DNA from: Candidatus Omnitrophota bacterium
GTDB lineage: Bacteria; Omnitrophota; Gorgyraeia; Zapsychrales; Fredricksoniimonadaceae
Assembly: GCA_016201795.1 (NCBI GenBank)
Contig: JACQCF010000010.1
Location: 79,095-143,094, forward strand
DNA length: 64,000 bases
Direction: 5' to 3'
Shown piece by piece: positions 1 to 8,028 of the stretch. The translations under genes and the position numbers were made by a program. The stretch's first letter is position 1; the number at the start of each line of letters is the position of its first letter. A model generated the notes under the pieces. The model ran no database searches. It saw only the letters and a program-made list of their open reading frames with translations, and had not been told where the DNA came from.

Positions 1-1
1 T

Positions 2-2977
2 GGTTTCGATACCACCAGCAATGTCGCCAACGATACGATCAGCCGGTTTAGTTTTTATTACACCGAGCGGCTTAAAACCATTAAGTTTATCAATACCCAG
101 GCTTATGATAATTTTCGTGAGGCGCTGCAAAATCTTATTACGTATCCTACTTCCTTTTATTGCCAGGCCCCGGGGAATGAAAGTTCAGCAAATTGCCAGA
201 ATACGCCGCCGTATGGCCTGAGTTTCAGTTCCTATTGTACACAAGCAAAAACAGATGCGACCATGCCAAAGCTGGGGCCTGTCTGCAATCCCAAATGCGC
301 CGGAAGATCACCTCCTCTGCCTCAAACCGAACCAACTGGATATACTTTTATTGACCCTGCACAAGCCTGGAATGACGCCAATCAGCATTGTTCAGAGCTT
401 TGCAGGACGGACTCTTCGGCACAGTGTCCTAAAAATGCGGCTAATGCCAGCCATCCTTACTATAATCTGCTTTATGACCCTTTTTTGGAGCTTGATTATA
501 AATCCGATGATCCCGCTTCATTCCGCGGCCTTTTAGGTTATGATGACGAGAGTGGAGACCCCACCACGTCTGCCCAAATCCAAAAGACTTTTAGCAAGAA
601 TAAGTCGGTGGGAGTTGTTTATCCCATGCTCTGGGACATGAATGGTTTGCCTGCGGGCAATGATCTGACAACCGCCTTTGGCATCCCTGGTTCCTCGGGT
701 GCTTTATTGACGGACAGCCTTTCCAAGGATCCGGTCAATGGCTTGCAGCTTAACTACCGGCCTGCGGATTCGGATCTTGCCACCGCCTGTACTAATGAAG
801 ATAATGTTAAATATCCTGTTGAAACCGGCATTTGGTGGAAGTCGGGAGCTGACCGCTATTGCTCTGGACCAGCTGGCTTAAGGCCTTATCCTCCGTTAGC
901 GGATGGAGCCGAACCGTATAATTATTGGCCTTATAGTTCATGTCCTTATATGTACAACAGCGCTGGCCAAAAGATCTCTTGTACTCAGAGTACGCAGAAG
1001 TCTCTTTGGGTGCAAGACCGCTTGGATACCATGGTCTATGGTTTAAATAGTTTTTTAAAATTTAACCAGTATTTGCAGAAGATTCCTGAAAAGACATTGG
1101 CCTCGTCGGTGGACACCTGGTATCCGCAAGCAGCTGCCTGGATCGCGCCGCAATGTAAAACTCCAACCGGTGGTCAAAGCTGTGCCGCTGACATCACCAA
1201 TCATCCAGGATGTAGTGCGGTCCAGTATATGATTACTAACAACAACTATGATAGCAGTTACTTAACCTGCAGCCCTAATCACGACGGATATTTGATCCAA
1301 TACATGAATGACCTTTACAATTGGAGAAACCAGCTTGACAATTGGTTGGGGGAGAGCCCTGACCCAACAAAACCCGACCCAACAAAATTTACACAATTCG
1401 GGGACTCTTCCACTGATTTATGCTCAGGCACTATCACTGATGTCATCACATGTTTAAACAGGTATCAAAATATACAGCCCTCTTTTGATACCTGCTGGCA
1501 GAATTTTCCACCAACCACCACCGATGCCGGCGGCAATACCGTTTATCCTGATTTTACCAATACCACCAGCCCGGATTATAACAAGGCTTGCGCCGATCTT
1601 CTCAACGACTATTCAACACAGCAATCATACTTTAGCGGCGTTACCTTTAACCCTGATCCTGCGCTTCCCGCAGGCTTTACGTATAATCGAGACCAGGCCA
1701 CCTATGAGGCATTTCAAAAATGGGTAGAGACGTACACTACTTTTATGGACACCCTTTCTTCCAGGGGGGATGTTTTATCAAGTTTAAAGGACGAGGTAGG
1801 TCACACCAGGGACTTATTTGATGAGGGCTACAAGGATTTTAGTAATTTCCTTGGGTCAGGGGGCCCGGCGGATGATCTGATGCAGGCCAGGCTTGATTCT
1901 CTGGACGATCTCATTAACCGCCTGCCGCCTTTTGTCATCTATGGCTGGAAGGACAAGGGCGGACGCATTGTGGATAACACCATTTCCCACCCGTGGCATT
2001 TGTTGCGGGTGGAAATGAAGTTGCCTCCCAAGAAACCGTGGGTTCATATCTATGAAGACATTTGTCTGGGAGATTTAGTCAGTAGCTTGTATGGAGACAT
2101 CGTCGATGTTTGTAATTACTATGATTTTACTGATGGGGGGACTAAGGATGATCCGCGAGAGGTCTTCTCAAGAGTCACCCGCTGGGACCAGCCGGTGGCC
2201 GGCAATATAACCAAATTTGCCAACAAAATCCCCATCTGGCGGTTTAGATACAATAACCCCAGAGCTGTGGGCGGCGGCGACCCCGCATTAATAAAATCCA
2301 AATGCGTGGGGGAGGTAGCCGAGGATCCTAACCGAGCAGCCTCACCGACATTAGATCCAAACTTTTTAGGCATCGGGTTAAGCGCAGGCACATTTAGTCT
2401 TTTAACTGGAACGCAGCCGGTGGATGACGGTAATGTTGACCCTGACACAAAGCTACCGAGTAGTACTCCTGCGATCGATCCTCTTTTAAGCGCGTCGGAA
2501 CAGAATTCTTATTACGACGCATTTATGATTGATTTTGACCCCCGAGGAAAAATTCCATCTCTTACCAGTAAAGGGTATACACTTAAAGGCGCTGCATGTG
2601 CGGCTGATCCTGATACTCATTGCGCTAACGGAGATTGGGACGTCTGCTGCCCCGCGACCTATTCAGAGTTTCAGTATCGTCCGGCGGGCTGGTGCGCCAC
2701 AACTAATAGAGTGATATGCGCCAAGAGGGCGAGAGTTAAATACATGAAAGACGTACAGGGCAAAGTCCAGGGATGTTTTGATGTGGTGGATCCTTTATTA
2801 AACCAGGGTGTGAAAGCAAGCGCCGGGGCGGGTTACGGAGTGCCAAACAAGCCCCATCATGACTGGCATGAGCAGCTTTATTTAAAAAATTCTCCCGACC
2901 CGAGTAAATTTACTCCTAAGTGTCCATCAGGATCACCTAGTGACGGGAGCACAACCTATGGTGACTGCACATTTTAA
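2..2977 (+). CDS. 5'-partial large Cys/Trp/Tyr/Asn/Pro-rich secreted protein, function unknown (adjacent to Tad-like pilus genes)
   Basis: Frame 2 is open from window position 2 with no stop until TAA 2975-2977, so the listed ATG 263 is internal and the gene continues upstream of the window. Cys-rich, acidic, Pro/Asn/Tyr-rich composition typical of extracellular proteins. No recognisable catalytic motif. Confidence 0.6.
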   Translation, partial: GFDTTSNVANDTISRFSFYYTERLKTIKFINTQAYDNFREALQNLITYPTSFYCQAPGNESSANCQNTPPYGLSFSSYCTQAKTDATMPKLGPVCNPKCAGRSPPLPQTEPTGYTFIDPAQAWNDANQHCSELCRTDSSAQCPKNAANASHPYYNLLYDPFLELDYKSDDPASFRGLLGYDDESGDPTTSAQIQKTFSKNKSVGVVYPMLWDMNGLPAGNDLTTAFGIPGSSGALLTDSLSKDPVNGLQLNYRPADSDLATACTNEDNVKYPVETGIWWKSGADRYCSGPAGLRPYPPLADGAEPYNYWPYSSCPYMYNSAGQKISCTQSTQKSLWVQDRLDTMVYGLNSFLKFNQYLQKIPEKTLASSVDTWYPQAAAWIAPQCKTPTGGQSCAADITNHPGCSAVQYMITNNNYDSSYLTCSPNHDGYLIQYMNDLYNWRNQLDNWLGESPDPTKPDPTKFTQFGDSSTDLCSGTITDVITCLNRYQNIQPSFDTCWQNFPPTTTDAGGNTVYPDFTNTTSPDYNKACADLLNDYSTQQSYFSGVTFNPDPALPAGFTYNRDQATYEAFQKWVETYTTFMDTLSSRGDVLSSLKDEVGHTRDLFDEGYKDFSNFLGSGGPADDLMQARLDSLDDLINRLPPFVIYGWKDKGGRIVDNTISHPWHLLRVEMKLPPKKPWVHIYEDICLGDLVSSLYGDIVDVCNYYDFTDGGTKDDPREVFSRVTRWDQPVAGNITKFANKIPIWRFRYNNPRAVGGGDPALIKSKCVGEVAEDPNRAASPTLDPNFLGIGLSAGTFSLLTGTQPVDDGNVDPDTKLPSSTPAIDPLLSASEQNSYYDAFMIDFDPRGKIPSLTSKGYTLKGAACAADPDTHCANGDWDVCCPATYSEFQYRPAGWCATTNRVICAKRARVKYMKDVQGKVQGCFDVVDPLLNQGVKASAGAGYGVPNKPHHDWHEQLYLKNSPDPSKFTPKCPSGSPSDGSTTYGDCTF

Positions 2978-3446
2978 ACACAGTAATTCTCGTGTCATTG
3001 CGAGGAGTGAAACGACGAAGCAATCTTTTTCTATGGACAAAGAGATTGCTTCGTCGCCTTCGGCTCCTCGCAATGACAGGCGTGGAACTGTTCGCAATGA
3101 CACAAGAGGAGCCTCTGTCATTGAATACATCGTTTTGACAATTATTGTTTTGTCATCATTGTATGTCATGTACAATACGATCAGCAGGGGCATTTTCGGC
3201 AAGCATAAGGTGGCGGGAGATGCGTTTGCCTTCGGTCGTCAGTACGATGCCAGGCGCACCACCACCTGCCGTCAGGACTTTACTTATAGCCAGAACGGCA
3301 CTCCCATCAACGGGGTTTTTTACGACGAGGACTGTTATCAGACGCGTCTGATGCGGCCTTTAGTGAATGGCGGATGTACTCAGGGGGATTTTGCCTGTGA
3401 GGATGTGATTAAAAATTCTTGTATCAGTGATTATTGTAATCAATAA
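2940..3446 (+). CDS. TadE/TadG-like (Flp-type) pseudopilin; start uncertain (ATG 2940 overlaps upstream gene; alternative ATG 3033 lies inside the palindromic element)
   Basis: Translation contains RGASVIEYIVLTIIVLSSL, matching the Flp/TadE N-terminal processing/anchor motif (G-x-x-x-x-E-Y/F followed by a hydrophobic helix). Small Cys-containing C-terminal region. Confidence 0.5.
   Translation: MTGAQPMVTAHFKHSNSRVIARSETTKQSFSMDKEIASSPSAPRNDRRGTVRNDTRGASVIEYIVLTIIVLSSLYVMYNTISRGIFGKHKVAGDAFAFGRQYDARRTTTCRQDFTYSQNGTPINGVFYDEDCYQTRLMRPLVNGGCTQGDFACEDVIKNSCISDYCNQ
2994..3077. repeat. MITE/RPE-like compound palindromic element, copy A (3' of large secreted-protein gene, overlapping 5' leader of TadE-like gene)
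   Basis: GTCATTGCGAGG...CGACGAAGCAATCT...AGATTGCTTCGTCG...CCTCGCAATGAC: 12-bp outer and 14-bp inner inverted repeats. Shares core GTCATTGCGA/GAAGCAATCT/AGATTGCTTC/TCGCAATGAC with three other copies. Confidence 0.8.
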
Positions 3447-3457
3447 AACGGGGCTTT

Positions 3458-4315
3458 ATGATTGTACTTATCTTTTTTTTGATTTTCGTCTCTGTGGGGA
3501 TTTTAGTCTACACCCTCTGGCCGGTGGTGGCGACAAAAGCTCAGGCCATCAATGAAGGGCAGGCGCAGAAGATGGCCTTAAGGTCTGATCTTTACCTGCT
3601 GGAGGATGATCTGCAGAAGACCTATACCCTGGCGCTTTTGGCTCCGCTGGTTTTTGGCGTGGGGGCCTTTATTCTTTTTCCTTCCACCCTGCGTCTGGCG
3701 GGGCTCGTGGTCGGCGTGGTGTTAGGGATTGTTTTGCCGCGGCTGTATGTGAATGCCCTTATTGCCAAAAGAAAGTTGAAGTTTAATGACCAGCTCATTG
3801 ACGCGCTCATGATCATGTCCAGCTCTTTTCGCGGGGGGCTTAGTCTGGTGCAGTCTATTGAGGCGGTCATCGATGAAATGCCCAATCCCATCAAAAGAGA
3901 GTTTGGGGTCGTGCTCGGCGAAAATAAAATGGGGGTGGTGTTCGATGAGAGTCTCAACCGGCTCGCCAAGCGCATGCCTTCGGTGGCGCTCCAGCAGATG
4001 ATCACGGCCATTTTGCTGGCCCGCGAAACCGGCGGTAATTTGCCGGTGATCTTTTCCCGGATCATCAACACCATGCGCGAACGCAAAAAAATAGAACAGA
4101 GTTTAAAGATGCTGACCGTTCAGGGGAAAATTCAGGCGGTGGTCATGACCGGCCTTCCCATTCTTTTTGTCATGGGGGTTTCGGCGTCGAATCCGAGGTT
4201 TTTTGATATTATGTTTCGTATCCCCCAGGGCCAGCAGATGCTGATGGTCTGCGCGGTTCTGTGGATGGTGGGAGCGTTTTTTATATGGCAAATCAGCAAG
4301 TTTAAGGATTTTTAA
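3458..4315 (+). CDS. TadB-like type II secretion system F-domain membrane protein
   Basis: 285-aa polytopic membrane protein, N-terminal TM then a cytoplasmic domain then C-terminal TMs. Sits adjacent to a paralogous 301-aa gene, the typical tadB/tadC pair. Start is preceded by a GGGG Shine-Dalgarno-like stretch. Confidence 0.6.
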   Translation: MIVLIFFLIFVSVGILVYTLWPVVATKAQAINEGQAQKMALRSDLYLLEDDLQKTYTLALLAPLVFGVGAFILFPSTLRLAGLVVGVVLGIVLPRLYVNALIAKRKLKFNDQLIDALMIMSSSFRGGLSLVQSIEAVIDEMPNPIKREFGVVLGENKMGVVFDESLNRLAKRMPSVALQQMITAILLARETGGNLPVIFSRIINTMRERKKIEQSLKMLTVQGKIQAVVMTGLPILFVMGVSASNPRFFDIMFRIPQGQQMLMVCAVLWMVGAFFIWQISKFKDF

Positions 4316-4335
4316 TTATGTCATTGCGAAATGGT

Positions 4336-4429
4336 GTCATTGCGAAGAAGCGAAGCGACTGAAGCAATCTTTTGAGAATCTAATAGATTGCTTCGCTCAC
4401 TGCGTTCGCTCGCAATGACACGAAATCCG
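4336..4429. repeat. MITE/RPE-like compound palindromic element, copy B (intergenic tadB-like/tadC-like)
   Basis: Same core sequence. An extra partial left arm GTCATTGCGAA sits at 4320-4330. Confidence 0.8.
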
Positions 4430-4443
4430 TTTCGGAGAATAAT

Positions 4444-5349
4444 ATGCTCATCTTACCTTTGCTTTTAGTTTTTCTCTCCGTCTTTGCGCTGATCTTAGGA
4501 TTTACGCCTTTATCCATCCAGCCGAAGTTAAAATTGGATTTACCCGTGGCCGGCGGCGAGGGTTTTTCGGCGGGGGCGCCTGCTAAAAAACGGCCTCTGG
4601 ACTTTTTGTTTGGCGGGATACGCAAAATTGCGTTTTTTAACAAACCGTTCACCAACTCCGCTTTGGGCCAGAGGATTTTCAGAGACCTGATGTTAAGCCA
4701 GGTGAGACTTTCCGTTGAGGAATTCTTTTTAATCAAGCAGGCGCTGGCCCTGGGGCTGGTGTGGGTGGCCCTGAAATTCTATCCGGATAAAAATTTTATG
4801 GCTTTTGGTATTCTTATGAGCATGGCCGGCGGCTACTTGATTCCGGAGATTTGGCTGCACGCTAAGGTCCGTAAAATCAAAGCGGCGCTTTTAAAAGATC
4901 TGCCCGACACCGTGGATCTTTTGGGGCTTTGCGTCAATGCCGGATTGGATTTTATGATGGCGCTCAAATACGTGGTGGAAAAGTCCCCCCCGACGGTCAT
5001 TACCGAAGAATTGAAGCTGATGATGCAGGAAATTAACGTGGGCAAGCTGCGGCGGGATGCCCTGCGCGATTTGAGCCGCAAATACGAAATGCCGGATTTA
5101 TCCACTTTTACGCGCACCCTCATTCAGGCCGACCGCATGGGGACCTCGGTCTCGGAAGCGCTCAATATCCTTTCCGAAGATATGCGCGAGACGCGTTTTC
5201 GCCGCGGAGAAACCATGGCGCTCAAAGCTCCGCTGAAAATGCTGGTTCCTTTGCTGTTCTGCATCTTCCCGGTGGTAGCCCTTCTGGTGGCCGGGCCGGT
5301 ATTTTTGGATTTCTTCCACAATAATCCTTTGCGTAATTTAGGCCGGTAA
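4444..5349 (+). CDS. TadC-like type II secretion system F-domain membrane protein
   Basis: 301-aa paralogue of the upstream gene with the same topology. GGAG Shine-Dalgarno 8 nt upstream of ATG 4444. Confidence 0.6.
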   Translation: MLILPLLLVFLSVFALILGFTPLSIQPKLKLDLPVAGGEGFSAGAPAKKRPLDFLFGGIRKIAFFNKPFTNSALGQRIFRDLMLSQVRLSVEEFFLIKQALALGLVWVALKFYPDKNFMAFGILMSMAGGYLIPEIWLHAKVRKIKAALLKDLPDTVDLLGLCVNAGLDFMMALKYVVEKSPPTVITEELKLMMQEINVGKLRRDALRDLSRKYEMPDLSTFTRTLIQADRMGTSVSEALNILSEDMRETRFRRGETMALKAPLKMLVPLLFCIFPVVALLVAGPVFLDFFHNNPLRNLGR

Positions 5350-5354
5350 ACTCT
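5324..5354. repeat. 31-bp direct repeat, copy 1 (3' end of tadC-like coding sequence)
   Basis: ATCCTTTGCGTAATTTAGGCCGGTAAACTCT. Identical except for one base to 6646-6676. Confidence 0.85.
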
Positions 5355-5379
5355 TTTTGCGAAACCACAAAAACAATTC

Positions 5380-5407
5380 TTGACAATTTAAAGTAGTACT
5401 TTAAAAT
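5380..5407 (+). promoter_or_regulatory. sigma70-like promoter TTGACA-16-TAAAAT for AAA+ ATPase gene; predicted leaderless or near-leaderless transcript
   Basis: TTGACA at 5380-5385, TAAAAT at 5402-5407. The ATG lies at 5415, only 7 nt downstream of the -10, with no Shine-Dalgarno. Confidence 0.5.
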
Positions 5408-5414
5408 AGCAAAT

Positions 5415-6635
5415 ATGTACACCACGCGTTTGTTAGAAAAAACTTTGAAAGAAGCCGTGCAGTCTTTTCCGGTGGTTTTTATCGGCGGCCCGCGAAGAAG
5501 CGGCAAGACCACATTATCGCAAACATTCCTGAAAGGATACCGTTATGTCCTTTTGGACGAAATGGATGTGCGTTCGTTAGCCATAGAGGATCCGCGCGGC
5601 TTTCTGGAGAAATATCCGCCCCCGGTCATTATTGATGAAATCCAAAATGCGCCGCATCTTTTATCGCATATCAAAGCCCGTATGGAGGTCAATAAGAAGC
5701 CGGGGCAGTGGATTTTGACCGGTTCTCAACAATGGGCCTTGATGAAAGGTATCAGTGAAACATTGGCCGGGCGCATCGCTATTTTACACTTGTATCCTTT
5801 TTCCATAGAGGAAATTCAAAAGACCCGACGGGTTCATTTAAATGAGGCGGGCGGGTTTGTTAAGAGTTTGATGCAGGCTAAAAAAATACCGGACAAGATG
5901 ATCCCTCTTGGGCGCTGGATTCTACAAGGCGGGTACCCAGAAGTGGTCCTTAATAAGAAAGCGTCTCGCAAACTTTGGTTTTCCAGTTATTTGCAGACTT
6001 ATGTGGATAGGGATGTCCGCGGGCTTATCAAACAATCCAATCTTCATGATTTTGAGCGGTTTGTAAAACTTTTAGCGGCACGCACGGCGCAGGAGCTTAA
6101 TTGTTCCACGCTTTCGCGCGATATCGGCGTTTCCGTTCCTACCATAAAGTCTTGGATTACGCTTTTGGAAACGAGTGGACTCATCTTTCTTTTGATGCCT
6201 TATCATAGAAATTTCGGAAAAAGGATCATCAAAGCGCCCAAGTGTTATTTTATGGATACGGGGCTGGCGGCGTATCTCGTCGGCCTACAGGATGAGGAGC
6301 ACACCCTGCAAGGGCCTATGGCGGGCGCACTCTTCGAGACGGCCTGTGTTGCTCAATTTTATAAACGGTTTACCGCCTTGGTGGACCCTTGTTCACTTTA
6401 CTACTATCGCAGTATGGATGGGTTGGAAGTGGACCTTTTGATTGAAACCGGCAAAACGATTTATCCCATTGAAATGAAATTATCCTCGACCATTGATTAT
6501 GGACGAACAGCGTCTTTGATGAAGTGGCTGGAAATTTCTAAAATCAAAGATGGCCGGGGACTGATCATTTCCGCCTCCAGGGAATTGGGGTCGGTGGGTA
6601 AAAACGTAGCAAACTGCCACTATTCGCTGATTTAA
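5415..6635 (+). CDS. AAA+ ATPase, DUF4143/COG1373 family (ATP-binding protein)
   Basis: Walker A GGPRRSGKTTL and Walker B VIIDEIQ, with a C-terminal DUF4143-like region. Consensus promoter immediately upstream. Confidence 0.8.
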   Translation: MYTTRLLEKTLKEAVQSFPVVFIGGPRRSGKTTLSQTFLKGYRYVLLDEMDVRSLAIEDPRGFLEKYPPPVIIDEIQNAPHLLSHIKARMEVNKKPGQWILTGSQQWALMKGISETLAGRIAILHLYPFSIEEIQKTRRVHLNEAGGFVKSLMQAKKIPDKMIPLGRWILQGGYPEVVLNKKASRKLWFSSYLQTYVDRDVRGLIKQSNLHDFERFVKLLAARTAQELNCSTLSRDIGVSVPTIKSWITLLETSGLIFLLMPYHRNFGKRIIKAPKCYFMDTGLAAYLVGLQDEEHTLQGPMAGALFETACVAQFYKRFTALVDPCSLYYYRSMDGLEVDLLIETGKTIYPIEMKLSSTIDYGRTASLMKWLEISKIKDGRGLIISASRELGSVGKNVANCHYSLI

Positions 6636-6645
6636 ACCCGCCGCC

Positions 6646-6676
6646 ATCCTTTGCGTAATTTGGGCCGGTAAACTCT
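6646..6676. repeat. 31-bp direct repeat, copy 2 (downstream of AAA+ ATPase gene)
   Basis: ATCCTTTGCGTAATTTGGGCCGGTAAACTCT. With copy 1 it brackets the promoter plus ATPase gene (about 1.3 kb). Confidence 0.85.
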
Positions 6677-6682
6677 AACTAA

Positions 6683-6708
6683 CCCCGAACCTCGCAGGTT
6701 CGGAAAAT
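6683..6708. repeat. 26-bp stem-loop element, copy 1 (CCCCGAACCTCGCAGGTTCGGAAAAT)
   Basis: 7-bp stem CCGAACC/GGTTCGG with a 5-nt loop. Lies immediately after the stop codon (6710-6712) of the minus-strand regulator gene, between convergent genes. Confidence 0.7.
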
Positions 6709-6709
6709 T

Positions 6710-7681
6710 TTAAACCTCACTGATCACATCAAACCCTTTAAAGCTGCCGACAATGGCCAGCCCAACAATTTGCCCCCGGCAGAGGTTTTTGCGTTTGATT
6801 TGAGCGGCTGTTTCATTGAGCGTCGCGCCGGAGCCCACCGCATCATCAATAAGCAGGATATTGTTAAAAGGCGTTTTATCTTCCACGATCAGGGTTTGTT
6901 TGGCGTTATCGATACGGTCCTGGAGTTTATTAAGTGTCTTTTGGGCAATAAGGACATCCGTCTTAGCCTTAACAATGGACAGCAGCCGCTGGCGGATATG
7001 GAGCCGCTTTTTTAGCTCATTGATCAGCTGCACTTCGCGTTTGACCGTCGGTGGGATAAAGCCCGCCGCGTCAATATCAAACTGACTGATAATGGTTTTG
7101 ATGGGATGGTCGATGATTTCCACCAGCGCCGCAATCTGTTTTTTGTTCTGGCTGGATTTAGCCAGCAGCACCAGTTGTCCCAGTCTAGTTTTGCCAAAAC
7201 GTTCTATAGCATAAAAATCCAAATAGAAAAGCCTGTCCAATGCGATCTCTTTGAACGTGGAGCGCATTTTAGGCATGCCATCGATGAGTCCCTCTTTTTG
7301 ATATTGGCCATATTGGGCCATGGTTAACGCGTATTCTTTGGCTGTTTTGGCAGCGTCTAAATTTTGCTTGGCACACCAAGCCCTAAAACCGTTGACGCCG
7401 GTTTCTTGCTGTCCTAAAGGTGAAACATAATAAAAGTTTTTTTCAATCACATCCCTCGTTTGTTCATCAAGCAGGAAGATCTGCGGCTGTTCTTTGGGAT
7501 CAGTCAGGGTGTAAAAAACTTTTGGTGGGCGGCCCAGTTTTTGAATTAAGCCTTTTTCACAAAGAACTTTAAGTTGTTTGAAAACAGCCCGGGGGCCTAT
7601 GTTCAAAAGATTATAAAGATCCTTTGGACTGGTCTGGGGGTTTTGAGCAATATATTCTAAGATTTTTTGAGATGTATTCAT
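6710..7681 (-). CDS. PurR-like regulator: N-terminal winged-HTH fused to a phosphoribosyltransferase (PRPP-binding) domain
   Basis: N-terminal HTH-like segment (ILEYIAQNPQTSPKDLYNLLNIGPRAVFKQLKVLCEKGLI). C-terminal PRTase PRPP-binding motif LLIDDAVGSGATL. Perfect palindrome at its start codon and a consensus sigma70-like promoter upstream. Confidence 0.6.
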   Translation of the reverse strand: MNTSQKILEYIAQNPQTSPKDLYNLLNIGPRAVFKQLKVLCEKGLIQKLGRPPKVFYTLTDPKEQPQIFLLDEQTRDVIEKNFYYVSPLGQQETGVNGFRAWCAKQNLDAAKTAKEYALTMAQYGQYQKEGLIDGMPKMRSTFKEIALDRLFYLDFYAIERFGKTRLGQLVLLAKSSQNKKQIAALVEIIDHPIKTIISQFDIDAAGFIPPTVKREVQLINELKKRLHIRQRLLSIVKAKTDVLIAQKTLNKLQDRIDNAKQTLIVEDKTPFNNILLIDDAVGSGATLNETAAQIKRKNLCRGQIVGLAIVGSFKGFDVISEV

Positions 7682-7711
7682 AGTTCATAGTTCATAGTGA
7701 ACTATGAACTA
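7677..7711. promoter_or_regulatory. Perfect 14-bp inverted repeat (TAGTTCATAGTTCA-TAG-TGAACTATGAACTA), candidate operator overlapping the start codon of the PurR-like gene
   Basis: 7681-7694 is the exact reverse complement of 7698-7711. Extended by TTCA at 7677-7680, giving TTCATAG x3. Spans the ATG at 7679-7681 and lies just downstream of the -10. Confidence 0.6.
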
Positions 7712-7712
7712 T

Positions 7713-7741
7713 AATATACCAAGATAAATTGAACTTGTCAA
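7713..7741 (-). promoter_or_regulatory. sigma70 consensus-like promoter (TTGACA-17-TATATT) for PurR-like gene
   Basis: On the minus strand: TTGACA (7736-7741), a 17-nt spacer, then TATATT (7713-7718). Sits directly upstream of the operator palindrome and start codon 7681. Confidence 0.6.
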
Positions 7742-7743
7742 GT

Positions 7744-7769
7744 CCCCGAACCTCGCAGGTTCGGAAAAT
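7744..7769. repeat. 26-bp stem-loop element, copy 2 (identical sequence)
   Basis: Lies immediately after the stop codon (7771-7773) of the minus-strand toxin gene, in the same position relative to the stop as copy 1. Confidence 0.7.
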
Positions 7770-7770
7770 C

Positions 7771-8028
7771 TTAAGGATTTTGTAATAAATCGTGGGTGCC
7801 GATTTTTCTTAAGAAAGCCGTATCGCCAATTTTTTGGTAGGTGATGCGGTAATTGATGTTGACGCGCAACTCCCAAACATCTTTATAACCTGTCATCTTT
7901 TTATGCTCAAGGGAAGGATGGAAGGGATTGTCTCTAAGAAGGGCTAGAGATTTTTTAGCTTGGGTTTGTACTTCACTGGGTAATTTTTGATATAGTTTGA
8001 GAAATTGTTTGGATGTTTCAATGATCAA
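7771..8028 (-). CDS. RelE/ParE-family type II toxin (mRNA interferase)
   Basis: 85-aa protein with RelE/ParE-like signature regions (SKQFLKLYQKLP...NPFHPSL...WELRVNINYRITYQ...IGTHD). TTG start overlaps the upstream antitoxin gene by 11 nt. Confidence 0.65.
   Translation of the reverse strand: MIIETSKQFLKLYQKLPSEVQTQAKKSLALLRDNPFHPSLEHKKMTGYKDVWELRVNINYRITYQKIGDTAFLRKIGTHDLLQNP

Noticed and set aside
21-536. Small + strand ORFs 21..221, 255..536, 1485..1727 and others
   Set aside because: Out-of-frame overlaps within the large frame-2 CDS, with no independent support.
263-2977. ATG 263 as the start of the first gene
   Set aside because: Frame 2 is open all the way to window position 2, and the upstream translation (…SFYCQAPGNESSANCQNTPPYGLSFSSYC…) is continuous with the same Cys-rich character, so the gene is 5'-truncated by the window.
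6683-6708. Stem-loops as Rho-independent terminators
   Set aside because: For the minus-strand genes they follow, no U-tract follows the stem on the transcribed strand. On the + strand the stem is followed by AAAATTTT rather than a clean T-run. Reported as repeated stem-loop elements instead.
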